Shown here in pieces: positions 1 to 9,829 of a DNA stretch of 64,000 bases (position 1 is the stretch's first letter; every line of letters begins with the position of its first letter). The stretch is from an uncultured virus (IMG/VR IMGVR_UViG_3300031687_001200). Its lineage: Duplodnaviria; Heunggongvirae; Uroviricota; Caudoviricetes. The stretch is taken from the IMG/VR virus record IMGVR_UViG_3300031687_001200; one strand, given 5' to 3'. The notes beneath the pieces were generated by a model, which saw only the letters and a program-made list of their open reading frames with translations, was not told the origin of the DNA and did not search any database. The translations under genes were made by a program, and so were the position numbers.

Positions 1-31
1 ATTCAGAACAGGCATTACCAGAGCTAACAGC

Positions 32-367
32 ATGAACAGTATAATCGAAAAAGCGTTAAATACCAGCCGGTGTGTAGCAGAGTTTGGCAAAGAGTTTGGC
101 GAAACTAAAGTAGGTGAACGTAGTGAATTGTTTTTAAAGTTATGGGACAAGTGGGGCAACAATGCAGTTATTTTCCCTAAAAACATATTACAACCAGTTA
201 CTATGCCGTACAATAGAGCATCCTGGCATATGATAAAATCTGAGATGGGTGTTAAAGCATTTGCAGAAAAACATAACATAGCAGAATTTTACGAATATCA
301 AGTTCGAGGCAGTGAAGTTAGATTTAAATGTGAAGACACAGCATTGTTATACAGGTTACAATTATGA
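32..367 (+). CDS. hypothetical phage protein
   Basis: 111-aa ORF, stop overlaps the next start; no recognisable motif. Confidence 0.6.
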   Translation: MNSIIEKALNTSRCVAEFGKEFGETKVGERSELFLKLWDKWGNNAVIFPKNILQPVTMPYNRASWHMIKSEMGVKAFAEKHNIAEFYEYQVRGSEVRFKCEDTALLYRLQL

Positions 368-702
368 ATCCATTAATAGATTACACAACAAAGACTACAG
401 ACGAGTTATCAGAACTTAATAAAAAGTACACTAAACAATTATATAGTCTTAGTGGAGACCACCCTTTATACAATCATGTTTTAAGTCTTAGAGAAGATGT
501 ACAATTTGAATACGGCGAACGTATGCAAATGGCTATGCATAAAGAAACACTAAAGAAAGAACCAGCACAAGTTATAAATATAGGCGAGATAGAATCAACC
601 ACCTATGGTTATCAACCAGATGATGACTCATTGTTTATCAAAGCAGTCGCCGACACCTACACAAAGAGAAAACCTAATGAAGACGATACATCTAAAATCT
701 GA
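364..702 (+). CDS. hypothetical phage protein
   Basis: 112-aa ORF in a tight + strand operon. Confidence 0.65.
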   Translation: MNPLIDYTTKTTDELSELNKKYTKQLYSLSGDHPLYNHVLSLREDVQFEYGERMQMAMHKETLKKEPAQVINIGEIESTTYGYQPDDDSLFIKAVADTYTKRKPNEDDTSKI

Positions 703-1426
703 TAAAGATATAAACTTAATAGCAATAACAGAACAACCAGGCACAGACGAGATAGATGCCTTAGATCATTTTAAGTTTACAATAACATACACTATGTTTG
801 TTTCACAGCACAACGAAGCTAGTATCGAAGAATTAAGTGTTGCACAAAATATCAGCTATCAAAAAATTAATTACTTCTTAGGAAACTATGTAGACAACAG
901 CATATGGTATGATAAAATAGGGCAGGATATGATTGATAATCATTTTTCAACTACTAAGAATTTACTATTAGTAACACCTACTATAAATGTTACTTACTTA
1001 GGCAATTGCTTGTTTAGAAAGTTAAATGCACTATGTAAGGAAAATGTATATGTTGATGGCATAAGTGTTAAGGATTGGGGTACTAACCTAACATACTCTT
1101 ACAGAACAGATGAGCCAGAAGAAGGCATACACATACTACCAACCAACGACGAATGGATGGGAGAATTTAGTATTTACGATACTCCATGGTGGGATCGTGA
1201 CAGCATTAGTGCATACGATTATGCATGTAGAAGTTCTGAAGACCTAGCAGAAGTTAAAGAAGTACTAAAAGAAGAGGGGCAGATTATGGGTAACGATTTT
1301 CAATTAATTGAAGACGAAGTTATCAAGCAAATGCGAACAAATGACCCCGCAATGTTTAGTGAGAAGAAAGGCGAAATAATTGAAGTTGACTTTAAATCGA
1401 GATCCGCACCTAAAAAGGTTGACTAA
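677..1426 (+). CDS. hypothetical phage protein
   Basis: Long ORF; start moved to ATG 677 (MKTIHLK) to reduce overlap with the upstream gene. Confidence 0.7.
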   Translation: MKTIHLKSDKDINLIAITEQPGTDEIDALDHFKFTITYTMFVSQHNEASIEELSVAQNISYQKINYFLGNYVDNSIWYDKIGQDMIDNHFSTTKNLLLVTPTINVTYLGNCLFRKLNALCKENVYVDGISVKDWGTNLTYSYRTDEPEEGIHILPTNDEWMGEFSIYDTPWWDRDSISAYDYACRSSEDLAEVKEVLKEEGQIMGNDFQLIEDEVIKQMRTNDPAMFSEKKGEIIEVDFKSRSAPKKVD

Positions 1427-1447
1427 TCCACACAACTACTATATACT
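1419..1447 (+). promoter_or_regulatory. sigma70-like early promoter
   Basis: TTGACT(1419)-17 nt-TATACT(1442); ATG 6 nt downstream with no SD. Confidence 0.65.
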
Positions 1448-1453
1448 ACTTAA

Positions 1454-1963
1454 ATGTTAGACAAACATCAAAGATATCTAAGCGATGAGACTACCGGCAT
1501 GGAAATGCTGTATCACAATGCTGATATTAACAAAGTAGAGTTCCTGCATACCGATGATATTACTAAGTTTAACAAGTTTGCTGAAGAACTTGGCATAAAG
1601 AAACTGGAAATTTTAGGTGATGACGACTTCGACAGGATAAATACATACATAATTCCACAACACTATAAAGAGTTAGATGTTGAGAGTTATGTAAGACAGC
1701 TAATTCCAAACGGAGTGGACCGCACTGATAACGCGGAGACCAGTCAAAGAGTTGAAATGGAACTAGCACTATATAAAGAAAGAGGATTACTTCCTATACT
1801 ACAAGTGTTAATATATATTGTTGACACATTGCGTAAATTTAATTTAGTATGGGGTGTTGGAAGAGGCAGTAGTGTAGCAAGTTATATACTCTACTTAATT
1901 GGGATTCATAAAGTTGATTCTCTGAAATATAATTTAGATATAAAGGAATTCCTTAAGAGGTAA
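1454..1963 (+). CDS. dnaE: DNA polymerase III alpha (DnaE)-like fragment
   Basis: WGVGRGSSVASYILYLIGIHKVDSLKYNL matches the DnaE GRGS...LGIT..DP..Y.L motif; only 169 aa and ends before the catalytic Asp motif. Confidence 0.75.
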   Translation: MLDKHQRYLSDETTGMEMLYHNADINKVEFLHTDDITKFNKFAEELGIKKLEILGDDDFDRINTYIIPQHYKELDVESYVRQLIPNGVDRTDNAETSQRVEMELALYKERGLLPILQVLIYIVDTLRKFNLVWGVGRGSSVASYILYLIGIHKVDSLKYNLDIKEFLKR

Positions 1964-1965
1964 TA

Positions 1966-2394
1966 ATGGTACAACGAAAAACAAACAATGGACAAATAAT
2001 TGACTTCGATTCTATGATCGGACAGGGTGATGAGATTGCTATTGGCAATATGAACGTAAATGCTAGAGGCGATGTGCTAGGCAAAGATGGCGAAGTAGTC
2101 ACTAAAGCTGAAGACAGAGTAAGAGCATATTACGAAGATAATCCAATGAGCAGTACTGCATCAGTAAGTCCTAAGGGTGCTATGCCAGATGTAGAACCTC
2201 AAGCAAAGTCAGAAATGGACCCTACACCAAAAACTGCTAAAGCACAGAAAACTGAAGCAGACCAAAGTGTTATGGGACAAACAGCAGAGCCTGTAGAACA
2301 AGAAAGAGTTATTGCTAGTTACAAAGAAGTAGAACAAGAAAATGGCGATATCGAAATGGTTCCAGTTTACGAAGACGATTGGGAAGACGAATAA
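1966..2394 (+). CDS. hypothetical phage protein
   Basis: 142-aa ORF with GAGG SD and acidic C-terminus. Confidence 0.7.
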   Translation: MVQRKTNNGQIIDFDSMIGQGDEIAIGNMNVNARGDVLGKDGEVVTKAEDRVRAYYEDNPMSSTASVSPKGAMPDVEPQAKSEMDPTPKTAKAQKTEADQSVMGQTAEPVEQERVIASYKEVEQENGDIEMVPVYEDDWEDE

Positions 2395-2397
2395 ATA

Positions 2398-2799
2398 ATG
2401 CCTAAAATTACAGCATACAAAGATAACATTCTATGCATTGACGGAGACTTTGGTAATAAAACTACAGAGTCAGGGATCATTGTAAAATCAACTATTGGAT
2501 CAGACGAAGGGATTGCACCTCGTTGGTTTCAAGCATTTGACATAGGTCCAGAGATTGATTGGATTAAACCAGGTCAATGGTTATATGTTTCTTATGGTAG
2601 ATGGACAGAAGGATTTAGTGTGCCAGACGATAGATTAGAAGAAGGCGCAAAAATTTGGAAAGTTGATCCTGAAGCATGTATGATGATATCAGATACAAAT
2701 CCAACATCCGGTGTTCTAAACATTGGTAAAGTAGAAACATTCAAGCCAGACCAAATGAGTACTGGCTATGTAGATACAGAGTCAGGACAATTACAATAA
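2398..2799 (+). CDS. divergent GroES/gp31-like co-chaperonin
   Basis: KITAYKDNIL...KTTESGIIV...IGP...IKPGQ resembles the GroES PLxDRV/TxSGII/VGPG/VKVGD pattern. Confidence 0.6.
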   Translation: MPKITAYKDNILCIDGDFGNKTTESGIIVKSTIGSDEGIAPRWFQAFDIGPEIDWIKPGQWLYVSYGRWTEGFSVPDDRLEEGAKIWKVDPEACMMISDTNPTSGVLNIGKVETFKPDQMSTGYVDTESGQLQ

Positions 2800-2800
2800 A

Positions 2801-2971
2801 ATGAAATTCACAGAACACAAAGAACGCACAGGATTATCCACCGCCGGACTTGCTGGTGTAACAATATTAGCAGGTGTTATTTTTGGTGGCTTAAATCCGT
2901 GGTGGCTAATTGCTAGTATATTACTATTGTTAATGGGTACGGGTTTAGAATCCGGACAGCGTAAAGATTAA
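2801..2971 (+). CDS. small membrane protein (56 aa, not in ORF track)
   Basis: Manual translation MKFTEHKERTGLSTAGLAGVTILAGVIFGGLNPWWLIASILLLLMGTGLESGQRKD; two hydrophobic segments; fills the intergenic gap exactly. Confidence 0.6.
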   Translation: MKFTEHKERTGLSTAGLAGVTILAGVIFGGLNPWWLIASILLLLMGTGLESGQRKD

Positions 2972-4041
2972 CTATACGTTACAGTAACAGTGACTTCACC
3001 TTGTGAGGCACTATTAACAGTTAAGTAAGCAAGTATATTAGTATCAGCTTCAGCAGTGTACACATAGTTAGGTGTACTTTCATATGGTACTGAAACATCT
3101 TCTAAATCACTCTCATCAGCAGTCATTAACCTATCAGCATCTCCACCGTCACCAACAGTAACTATTGGAGTTGTACCATCAAATGCAGTTGTGGCATTTA
3201 CTGTAACACTAGTAATTTTACTACCCTTACTAATATTACCTAATACAACACTGCCAGTACCCATTGAATAGTTAAACGTTGCTGTGTATGTACCAGCATC
3301 AGTAGTGGCACTATCGGCTGTTCCAATTAGTGTAAGATGACTTGCTATACTTGGATCTGCTTGACCGGCTATGTATAATCTATACTCACCGTCACCGCCA
3401 TCATCAACTTTAACAAAGTCGCCTGTTTCAATATCACTAGCGGCGTATAAGGCTGTTAGGTTAGCATAGTTTCTATAAACCATACTTGAACCAGTTGAAG
3501 TAACACCAGTGTTACCAACGTACCTTGCGCCTGAAACATAAATTACGTTACCGCTTGAAGTGCCTATAGCACTAGGAAGGTTATCACCAATAAAGTTTAA
3601 TATTCCTGATTGGTAATCAAAGAACCATTCATCACTTGAACCTGATCCAGTTTCAAATAATTGTGTTCCGTTTGTTTGGACATCCGCTGTGCTTGTAGGA
3701 GCCGCATATACTTTTAACTGATATGTTGCACCAAACCCAGGTGGTATCCAATTTGTTGTGTTTGTTTTCCAAGTTCTGTTATCACTTGAACTACCATCTT
3801 CTACTATCTCTAATGCGTCACTAACAGCATCAGTATAAACTACTGCTATGCTACTGTTCGCCGCTGGTATAACTGACGTTATACTTGTACTTTGATTCCA
3901 AATATCGGAATCTTTAATAATTAGACTTGATGCTACTGGTTCGTTAGGTGCCTTTTTACTTGCATTGGTATCAGTCTTTGCTTTACCAAATCCTATCTTT
4001 TTCCAAAGTAAATCAATTTTTTGACTGTCTGAAATTGCCAT
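2968..4041 (-). CDS. putative virion structural protein
   Basis: S/T/G-rich beta-type protein; C-terminal domain clearly paralogous to the C-terminus of 23384..25411. Confidence 0.65.
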   Translation of the reverse strand: MAISDSQKIDLLWKKIGFGKAKTDTNASKKAPNEPVASSLIIKDSDIWNQSTSITSVIPAANSSIAVVYTDAVSDALEIVEDGSSSDNRTWKTNTTNWIPPGFGATYQLKVYAAPTSTADVQTNGTQLFETGSGSSDEWFFDYQSGILNFIGDNLPSAIGTSSGNVIYVSGARYVGNTGVTSTGSSMVYRNYANLTALYAASDIETGDFVKVDDGGDGEYRLYIAGQADPSIASHLTLIGTADSATTDAGTYTATFNYSMGTGSVVLGNISKGSKITSVTVNATTAFDGTTPIVTVGDGGDADRLMTADESDLEDVSVPYESTPNYVYTAEADTNILAYLTVNSASQGEVTVTVTYS

Positions 4042-6659
4042 TATGCTATACTCAACGAAGTTAGGGAGTCACCAGACTCCAGTTTTATACGCACTAGTAT
4101 GTTATTACCAAAACTGTTCGTAGCGTTTTGGTCACCTAGCGTTAGAGTGAATGTATCACTGTTGTAAGTTGTATTGTCTATAATTCTGTCTCCAGAAGTA
4201 AATGCACAACCATCTGATCCGTTACCACCTGCTCCTGTGTTTCCACCTGGAGTACCAGCACCACCATAAGTAGTACCAGCTGATAACCAACCGTTTAAAT
4301 TACTTGCGGCATCAATGTTTGTTGCCGGTGCCGCTACAAAGAACCCACTGACCTTACCAGTAAGTGTTACAACAAAGTTAGCCATTGTAGTTCTTCTGAA
4401 TGCAAAAGTAAAGTATTGTGCTCCACTTCTACCTGCGTTTAAGTCTGGTCCTGCGGGCAAATATGCTGTGCCACTAAGGTCAGTAACAAAATGCTTAATT
4501 GTTCCCCACCTATTTACTGCTTCTAGTGTGCCAGCGATTGTTTGTGTTCCTGTCCATGCACTACCTGTGTAATAGTTAGTACTAGAACTAAATGTTGGAT
4601 TGTCTGTAGTTGGGAAACCTGTAATACGTTTTCCATCATCATTAAAGCCTGCACCTAAACTGTCTGCAACTGCAATAGCTTCTTCATTAATTCCTGTATT
4701 GCCGTTCCATGCTTGGATGTATTTTGCATTAAGTTCTGCATAATTTCCGTTACCGTTAACATTAAACATTCTTGTTTTAAGTTGTTCAATACCAATTCCG
4801 CCACCGTTAACATTAATTGTTAAGTTGCCTAATGAATATGCAGTACCAGCCGTTTTACCAGTGTTTACATCTGGAATACCACCTGTTAAGTATGATGCTC
4901 CGCCTTGTATTTGTGCGTATGTTTTATATTGTGTTCCAATTACTGTGCCAGTAGTACCTTCTTGGTTAGTACCGTTTGTAATTTGTAATGGAGTACTTGA
5001 TTGAGCGTATGTTTGACCAATCCAATCGTATGCTGTAAGTCCAGCTAATGTTAGTGTAGCATCGTTAGTGTAGTAAGGAACGCCTGATACATATCTTAAT
5101 GTGCCGGGAGTTGCTTGAACTAACGTAGCGGCAGATGTATTAACAACTGCTAATGATTCAACATCATCTTTTACAAACTCTAGTGTATTGGTTGATCCCA
5201 ATGTATGCTGTAGTTTGTAAGCATGTGATCCTGCTACAATGCCAACTGTACTTTTTGTAATTCTAGCTTTATAACCTTTGTTTAGTCCTGGGCTATATAT
5301 TGAACTATTAAAACTTGTACTAGTTCCGTCTTGTCCAAAAAATTGAAAATCGTCTTCTTCAGTAAGTTGTAATGAAGCATTGGTTCCACTGTCATCACTT
5401 CCTGTTAGTGTAATAGCTCCGTCTGCCGAACCATCAACTATTGCAGTTAATGTGCCTGCATCACCGTTGTATGTTAATTCTGATAATGTATTTGAATTAG
5501 TAACAGACCCTGCACTTGCGTTTGTGATTCTTGTTACGCTGTCTCCAGCTGTCAATGTTCCTGATCCAAAGTTATTAGTAAAGCCAGCAGTTAGTCTAGG
5601 TGAACTACCTGAACTGCTCTCACCAAATGATATTGACTTATTACCTAAGTGTTCTGGAGCCGTTGGTGCTGTTGCGTAAACTTTAATTTGGTCTGAACTT
5701 GTATCTCCAACTTCGCCTGGATCTGCTGTACTATGTGCAGTCTGCGTTAATGTAATTGTATTTCTGCTTGAACCTGTGTCACTACCGTATGTGTGACTTG
5801 CTCTTGCTTGACCAACATCTCCTGCGGCGCCACTGGCTACTGAATCAGTAGTTCCATCGCCCCAGTTAATTGTGTAAGTACATGTTGCACTAGCTGAGTT
5901 GGTTGTTGTGTTATCTAAGTATAATGTTTCTCCTGCACTAATCTCTCTATTGTTACCACTTAATGCACTACCGCCAGCACTAGTTGTAAATATGTTAAAG
6001 TTTGCATTTGGAGTTGCAGTATATAATGTTATTAAATCTGTTTTAGTTACAGTTGCAAAACTACCTTCGCCTGAACCACTTGTATTTCTTGCTGTGATTA
6101 CTAGGTCATATGGTGAGTTTGAATTATCTGTATAAGTATGACTTGGAGTACTATCTGATGTTGCAGTTGTTGTGTTTCCATCTCCCCAAACTATGTCATA
6201 CTGGTTAGCATTACCAACTACTGAGAGTGTTAGTGTTACTGTTAGTGGATCACCACCTGAACTTACACTAGATGTAGCATCTACACTTTTAACGTAAGTA
6301 TTGTTTCTAATGTTTTCCATTGTTTCATTCAATCTATCAATGGATTCTGTAACTGATGTGGAACTAGTTAACGTAGTAACTGCGCCTGGACTAGCCAAGT
6401 CTCCGTCACCGCCTGTTCCTAATGTAATATTATATGCGTTTGTAGTACTAACTGCTAATGCAGTTTCCATCTGTTGTTTACTAACAGCGTCTGTGCCTAT
6501 TACACCATCTGCTATTCTAACATTTGCTAGTGTTGTACCATCGTTCGCCATCACCTGCATTGAGCTTGTTGATGCGTTGGCAACCAGTTTAGGTCCTCTC
6601 TTTCCGAATTGTAAGTCTGTGCTTACACCTTTCTGTCCAAATCTATTTTCGTTAGCCAA
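4041..6659 (-). CDS. putative virion structural protein with PKD domains
   Basis: Two PKD-like motifs (IVWGDG...PSHTY, INWGDG...ASHTY); TTG start with AGGAG SD; N-terminus paralogous to 25551..28769; late-type motif upstream. Confidence 0.7.
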   Translation of the reverse strand: MANENRFGQKGVSTDLQFGKRGPKLVANASTSSMQVMANDGTTLANVRIADGVIGTDAVSKQQMETALAVSTTNAYNITLGTGGDGDLASPGAVTTLTSSTSVTESIDRLNETMENIRNNTYVKSVDATSSVSSGGDPLTVTLTLSVVGNANQYDIVWGDGNTTTATSDSTPSHTYTDNSNSPYDLVITARNTSGSGEGSFATVTKTDLITLYTATPNANFNIFTTSAGGSALSGNNREISAGETLYLDNTTTNSASATCTYTINWGDGTTDSVASGAAGDVGQARASHTYGSDTGSSRNTITLTQTAHSTADPGEVGDTSSDQIKVYATAPTAPEHLGNKSISFGESSSGSSPRLTAGFTNNFGSGTLTAGDSVTRITNASAGSVTNSNTLSELTYNGDAGTLTAIVDGSADGAITLTGSDDSGTNASLQLTEEDDFQFFGQDGTSTSFNSSIYSPGLNKGYKARITKSTVGIVAGSHAYKLQHTLGSTNTLEFVKDDVESLAVVNTSAATLVQATPGTLRYVSGVPYYTNDATLTLAGLTAYDWIGQTYAQSSTPLQITNGTNQEGTTGTVIGTQYKTYAQIQGGASYLTGGIPDVNTGKTAGTAYSLGNLTINVNGGGIGIEQLKTRMFNVNGNGNYAELNAKYIQAWNGNTGINEEAIAVADSLGAGFNDDGKRITGFPTTDNPTFSSSTNYYTGSAWTGTQTIAGTLEAVNRWGTIKHFVTDLSGTAYLPAGPDLNAGRSGAQYFTFAFRRTTMANFVVTLTGKVSGFFVAAPATNIDAASNLNGWLSAGTTYGGAGTPGGNTGAGGNGSDGCAFTSGDRIIDNTTYNSDTFTLTLGDQNATNSFGNNILVRIKLESGDSLTSLSIA

Positions 6660-6707
6660 TTTAAATAACTCCTACAAGTACGATTTCATATGAATGTTCG
6701 TTAATGT

Positions 6708-6715
6708 TATTTATC
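6708..6715 (-). promoter_or_regulatory. T4-late-like promoter (GATAAATA)
   Basis: TATTTATC on + strand, upstream of the minus-strand structural operon. Confidence 0.55.
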
Positions 6716-6717
6716 AC

Positions 6718-6745
6718 TTGACATTCAAAATCTATGTGCTATAAT
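6718..6745 (+). promoter_or_regulatory. sigma70-like promoter
   Basis: TTGACA-16 nt-TATAAT with extended TGn; drives 6775 and the clamp-loader operon. Confidence 0.7.
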
Positions 6746-6774
6746 AACAATAAATTGTATTAAAGGAGAACTAT

Positions 6775-7008
6775 ATGCATAACGAGTACAAAACAGCAGG
6801 CACGTTTACAAAGAGTGCTAGAATCATTAGCGACTACGAAAATGATTTGATTTTTGAACAACCTAGATTAGGTCTAATGAGTCAAGAATTAGTATCATAT
6901 GAGAATATTGAAAGTGGTGTGAAAAGAACTACAGTAACTAGAGTGTTTACCGTTTCTGGCGACTACAACGATCATTCTACAATAACTATATTACCTAAGA
7001 GTATTTAA
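6775..7008 (+). CDS. hypothetical protein
   Basis: 77 aa, strong AAGGAG SD. Confidence 0.7.
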   Translation: MHNEYKTAGTFTKSARIISDYENDLIFEQPRLGLMSQELVSYENIESGVKRTTVTRVFTVSGDYNDHSTITILPKSI

Positions 7009-7022
7009 GAGGCAAAAAGTAC

Positions 7023-7946
7023 ATGAGAGATTTATGGGTAGAAAAGTATCGACCGGATAACATAGCAGACTATGTGTTCAGAGATGCTAATCAGCAAGGA
7101 CAAGTTACAGGTTGGATTAAAGACGGAGCATTACCACACTTACTATTCAGCGGAGCACCTGGTACTGGAAAAACTACACTTGCAAAAGTGTTGTTGAAGG
7201 AACTAGATGTGAATAGTATGGACATATTGGAGATAAATGCAAGTAACGAAAACAGCGTAGATACCATTCGAAGCAAGATAACAAACTTTAGTAGCACCAT
7301 GCCGTTTGGTGATATGAAGTATGTATTGCTCGATGAGGCTGATTATATTACCCCTAATGGACAAGCCGCTCTGCGTGGAGTTATGGAAACATACCACACG
7401 TCTTGTCGCTTTATCCTAACCTGTAACTATCCACAACGGATAATTCCGGCACTTCATTCGAGGTGCCAGGGTTTCCACATTAACAAACTAGACATAACAG
7501 AGTTCACAGCCAGGATTGCAACTATTTGCATTACTGAAGGTGTTGAATGCGATTTAGATACTTTAGACACTTATGTCCAAGCAACATATCCAGATTTGCG
7601 TAAAGCTATTAACCTTACACAACAAAACGTAGTAGACGGACATTTACAACGTCCACAAGAAGGCGACAGTGGATCAAGCGATTGGATGATTAGTGCTATT
7701 GAATTGTTTAAAGCAGGCAATTACAAAGAAGCAAGGAACATGATTGTTAGTCAGGCACGACCAGAAGAGTACGAAGACATTTATAGATTCATGTATCGTA
7801 ACTTAGAACTTTGGGGCGATACTGACGGTAAACAAGACCAAGCAATTATTATTATTCGTAATGGTATTGCAAAGTCTATAGCAGTAGCTGACCCAGAAAT
7901 CAACTTGTCGGCTACTTTAATTGAATTACAGATAAATAGTATGTGA
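7023..7946 (+). CDS. clamp loader AAA+ subunit (RFC small/T4 gp44-like)
   Basis: LWVEKYRP, Walker A GAPGTGKT, EINAS, LLDEAD, RFILTCNY, SRC motif. Confidence 0.93.
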   Translation: MRDLWVEKYRPDNIADYVFRDANQQGQVTGWIKDGALPHLLFSGAPGTGKTTLAKVLLKELDVNSMDILEINASNENSVDTIRSKITNFSSTMPFGDMKYVLLDEADYITPNGQAALRGVMETYHTSCRFILTCNYPQRIIPALHSRCQGFHINKLDITEFTARIATICITEGVECDLDTLDTYVQATYPDLRKAINLTQQNVVDGHLQRPQEGDSGSSDWMISAIELFKAGNYKEARNMIVSQARPEEYEDIYRFMYRNLELWGDTDGKQDQAIIIIRNGIAKSIAVADPEINLSATLIELQINSM

Positions 7947-8191
7947 TGATAAAGAGAATAATACAGTGGTGGAAAAAGTTAATATACGAAGAGTATGAAG
8001 TTACCATATGGTTCAAAAACGGTAATACGTTTAACATCGGACCTGGTAATGATAAAACTCGTAAGAAGTTTAAACTGAAGTCACTTAAAAAAGTCAGCAA
8101 CACTCATATTAAGGGCAAAGACCTTAACTATAACGAGTGGGAGATTAAAACTGTAGAACCTTTTGATTACAATATTGTTAAGATTTATTAA
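7946..8191 (+). CDS. hypothetical protein
   Basis: Basic ~81-aa ORF in operon. Confidence 0.6.
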   Translation: MIKRIIQWWKKLIYEEYEVTIWFKNGNTFNIGPGNDKTRKKFKLKSLKKVSNTHIKGKDLNYNEWEIKTVEPFDYNIVKIY

Positions 8192-8193
8192 CA

Positions 8194-8790
8194 ATGCTTC
8201 TACTCAAAGAACACGAGCTCGACAAAAGTCTGAGTGAAGACCATTTTAGCGTACTATTTAATTATGCACAGCATTCCACTACACAGATTCTATTAAACGA
8301 ATTCATGCAAACAAAGTTTGCAACAATCAATGGAGTAAGAAAGCACACGGAAGTGCCTATTCATTTACATGATGTGTTCGATTTACACCCAAGTGGCATG
8401 TTACATAAAGCTGGACTAGAAATGCAAACTACGGACTTGAGTGATATACATTATCATAGCACAACTCCGTTAGAAGTTGACCAACCAAAAATAGTAGCAG
8501 ACGGCCCATACGATTTAGTGTATGTAAATTTACCATACAAGTTACCACAAAGTCCTAATAGTGTAGACCTAGTTGTCGGAGAGACAATTAAGTTATGGTG
8601 GTCAGCAATGGAAGTCGGTGCAGTAATGATTGTCCCAGATTACAACAAACTTGTTATAAGACGTCAAGTAGATTTATTTTTGCGGACTAGAATGTATAGC
8701 AAACATGAAAAATACTTTGATACTAATTGGGACCAACCAGATTTAGGCGAAGACCATTTTATGATAGCCATACAGAAAAATGAGATTTAA
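8194..8790 (+). CDS. putative class I SAM-dependent methyltransferase-like protein
   Basis: GPYDLVYVN...AMEVGAVMIVPDY resembles methyltransferase motifs (xDhhhhD; LxxGGhhhhxDY). Confidence 0.45.
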   Translation: MLLLKEHELDKSLSEDHFSVLFNYAQHSTTQILLNEFMQTKFATINGVRKHTEVPIHLHDVFDLHPSGMLHKAGLEMQTTDLSDIHYHSTTPLEVDQPKIVADGPYDLVYVNLPYKLPQSPNSVDLVVGETIKLWWSAMEVGAVMIVPDYNKLVIRRQVDLFLRTRMYSKHEKYFDTNWDQPDLGEDHFMIAIQKNEI

Positions 8791-9808
8791 AGAACAAGCA
8801 GTAGACATTATTATTGAAGAGCATAGTTTTGGCCCATGGCTAAAAGAACTAAAGCCTGAACTTCATATGCAGAAAGTAATGGTTATTGCAAGTAGTAGTA
8901 TCAATATTGATTTAGTTAAGCAAGAACTTGCAAAGTGTAGGTTTGAGAACGTAGCATATTTAATAGATAGTTTTGTAGATCCTACTACACAAAGTATTCA
9001 ACACGCAAACACCATGTTCAATCAATCACAATGCGATACTATTATTGCTATAGGCGGAGGCAGTGTAATTGATTTAGCAAAAGGTATAATGTACGAACAA
9101 ATAGGAAACCATGTTATTTTTATAGCATGTCCTACAACGTATGCTGGTACAGAACTTACTAAAGGCTTTATGGTTGTTAGAGATGACTTAACCAAAAAAA
9201 GTGTATATGATATAGCAGTACAGCCAGATGTTATTCTAATTGATCCTATATTGGCATATACTTTACCACACAAAGTTAGTGAAGTAGTAGCACTCGACGC
9301 CTTAACGCATTGCTTAGAAGGAGCGACAAGCAGTCTAGCGAACCCTGTAGCTGATGGTAGTGCATTGTATGGAATACAACTAGCATTGCAACACTTACCC
9401 GGAACCATAGACGCTGACTGGCGTAAAGATATGGCTATAGTTGGGCTACTGGGCAGTAAAGCAATGGACTGTGGCTTAGGGCATATTCATACTATAACGT
9501 ATGCTATTGCTAATAACACAAACTTATCACACGGAGAGCTTAATTGCTTATTTGCTCCGTTTGTTATTGCTAAGACTATTGAGAAAGGCATAGACGAGGG
9601 CAAGGATGTTTATAAATTTGTGGACTTGGATAAAGTGTTAGCAGTTTATAAACATTATATTATAGAATGGGATCTAATAAAACGTTACACTAAAGACCAT
9701 GAGCCTCGATTTATTGACCAAGCAGTTAGAGACAGCGGATACATTAGTCACCCTGTTACATTCAGACCACAAGACTTCCAAGATATATTCGACAGCATAA
9801 TCGGATAG
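8780..9808 (+). CDS. iron-containing alcohol dehydrogenase family protein
   Basis: IIAIGGGSVIDLAK, PTTYAGTE, DALTHCLE, GHIH, HGE metal ligands. Confidence 0.88.
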   Translation: MRFKEQAVDIIIEEHSFGPWLKELKPELHMQKVMVIASSSINIDLVKQELAKCRFENVAYLIDSFVDPTTQSIQHANTMFNQSQCDTIIAIGGGSVIDLAKGIMYEQIGNHVIFIACPTTYAGTELTKGFMVVRDDLTKKSVYDIAVQPDVILIDPILAYTLPHKVSEVVALDALTHCLEGATSSLANPVADGSALYGIQLALQHLPGTIDADWRKDMAIVGLLGSKAMDCGLGHIHTITYAIANNTNLSHGELNCLFAPFVIAKTIEKGIDEGKDVYKFVDLDKVLAVYKHYIIEWDLIKRYTKDHEPRFIDQAVRDSGYISHPVTFRPQDFQDIFDSIIG

Positions 9809-9829
9809 CCAACTAGAAAGGAAACATAG

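Noticed and set aside
4035..4045. Programmed frameshift fusing the 872-aa and 357-aa genes
   Set aside because: The junction is an ordinary TAATG overlap with no slippery heptamer; translational coupling is sufficient
4315..6693. Plus-strand ORFs antisense to the 872-aa gene, and similar antisense ORFs throughout (e.g. 21087-28348, 43505-45004)
   Set aside because: Shadow ORFs produced by the codon bias of real genes on the other strand; no SD or motifs, V/P/L-rich composition
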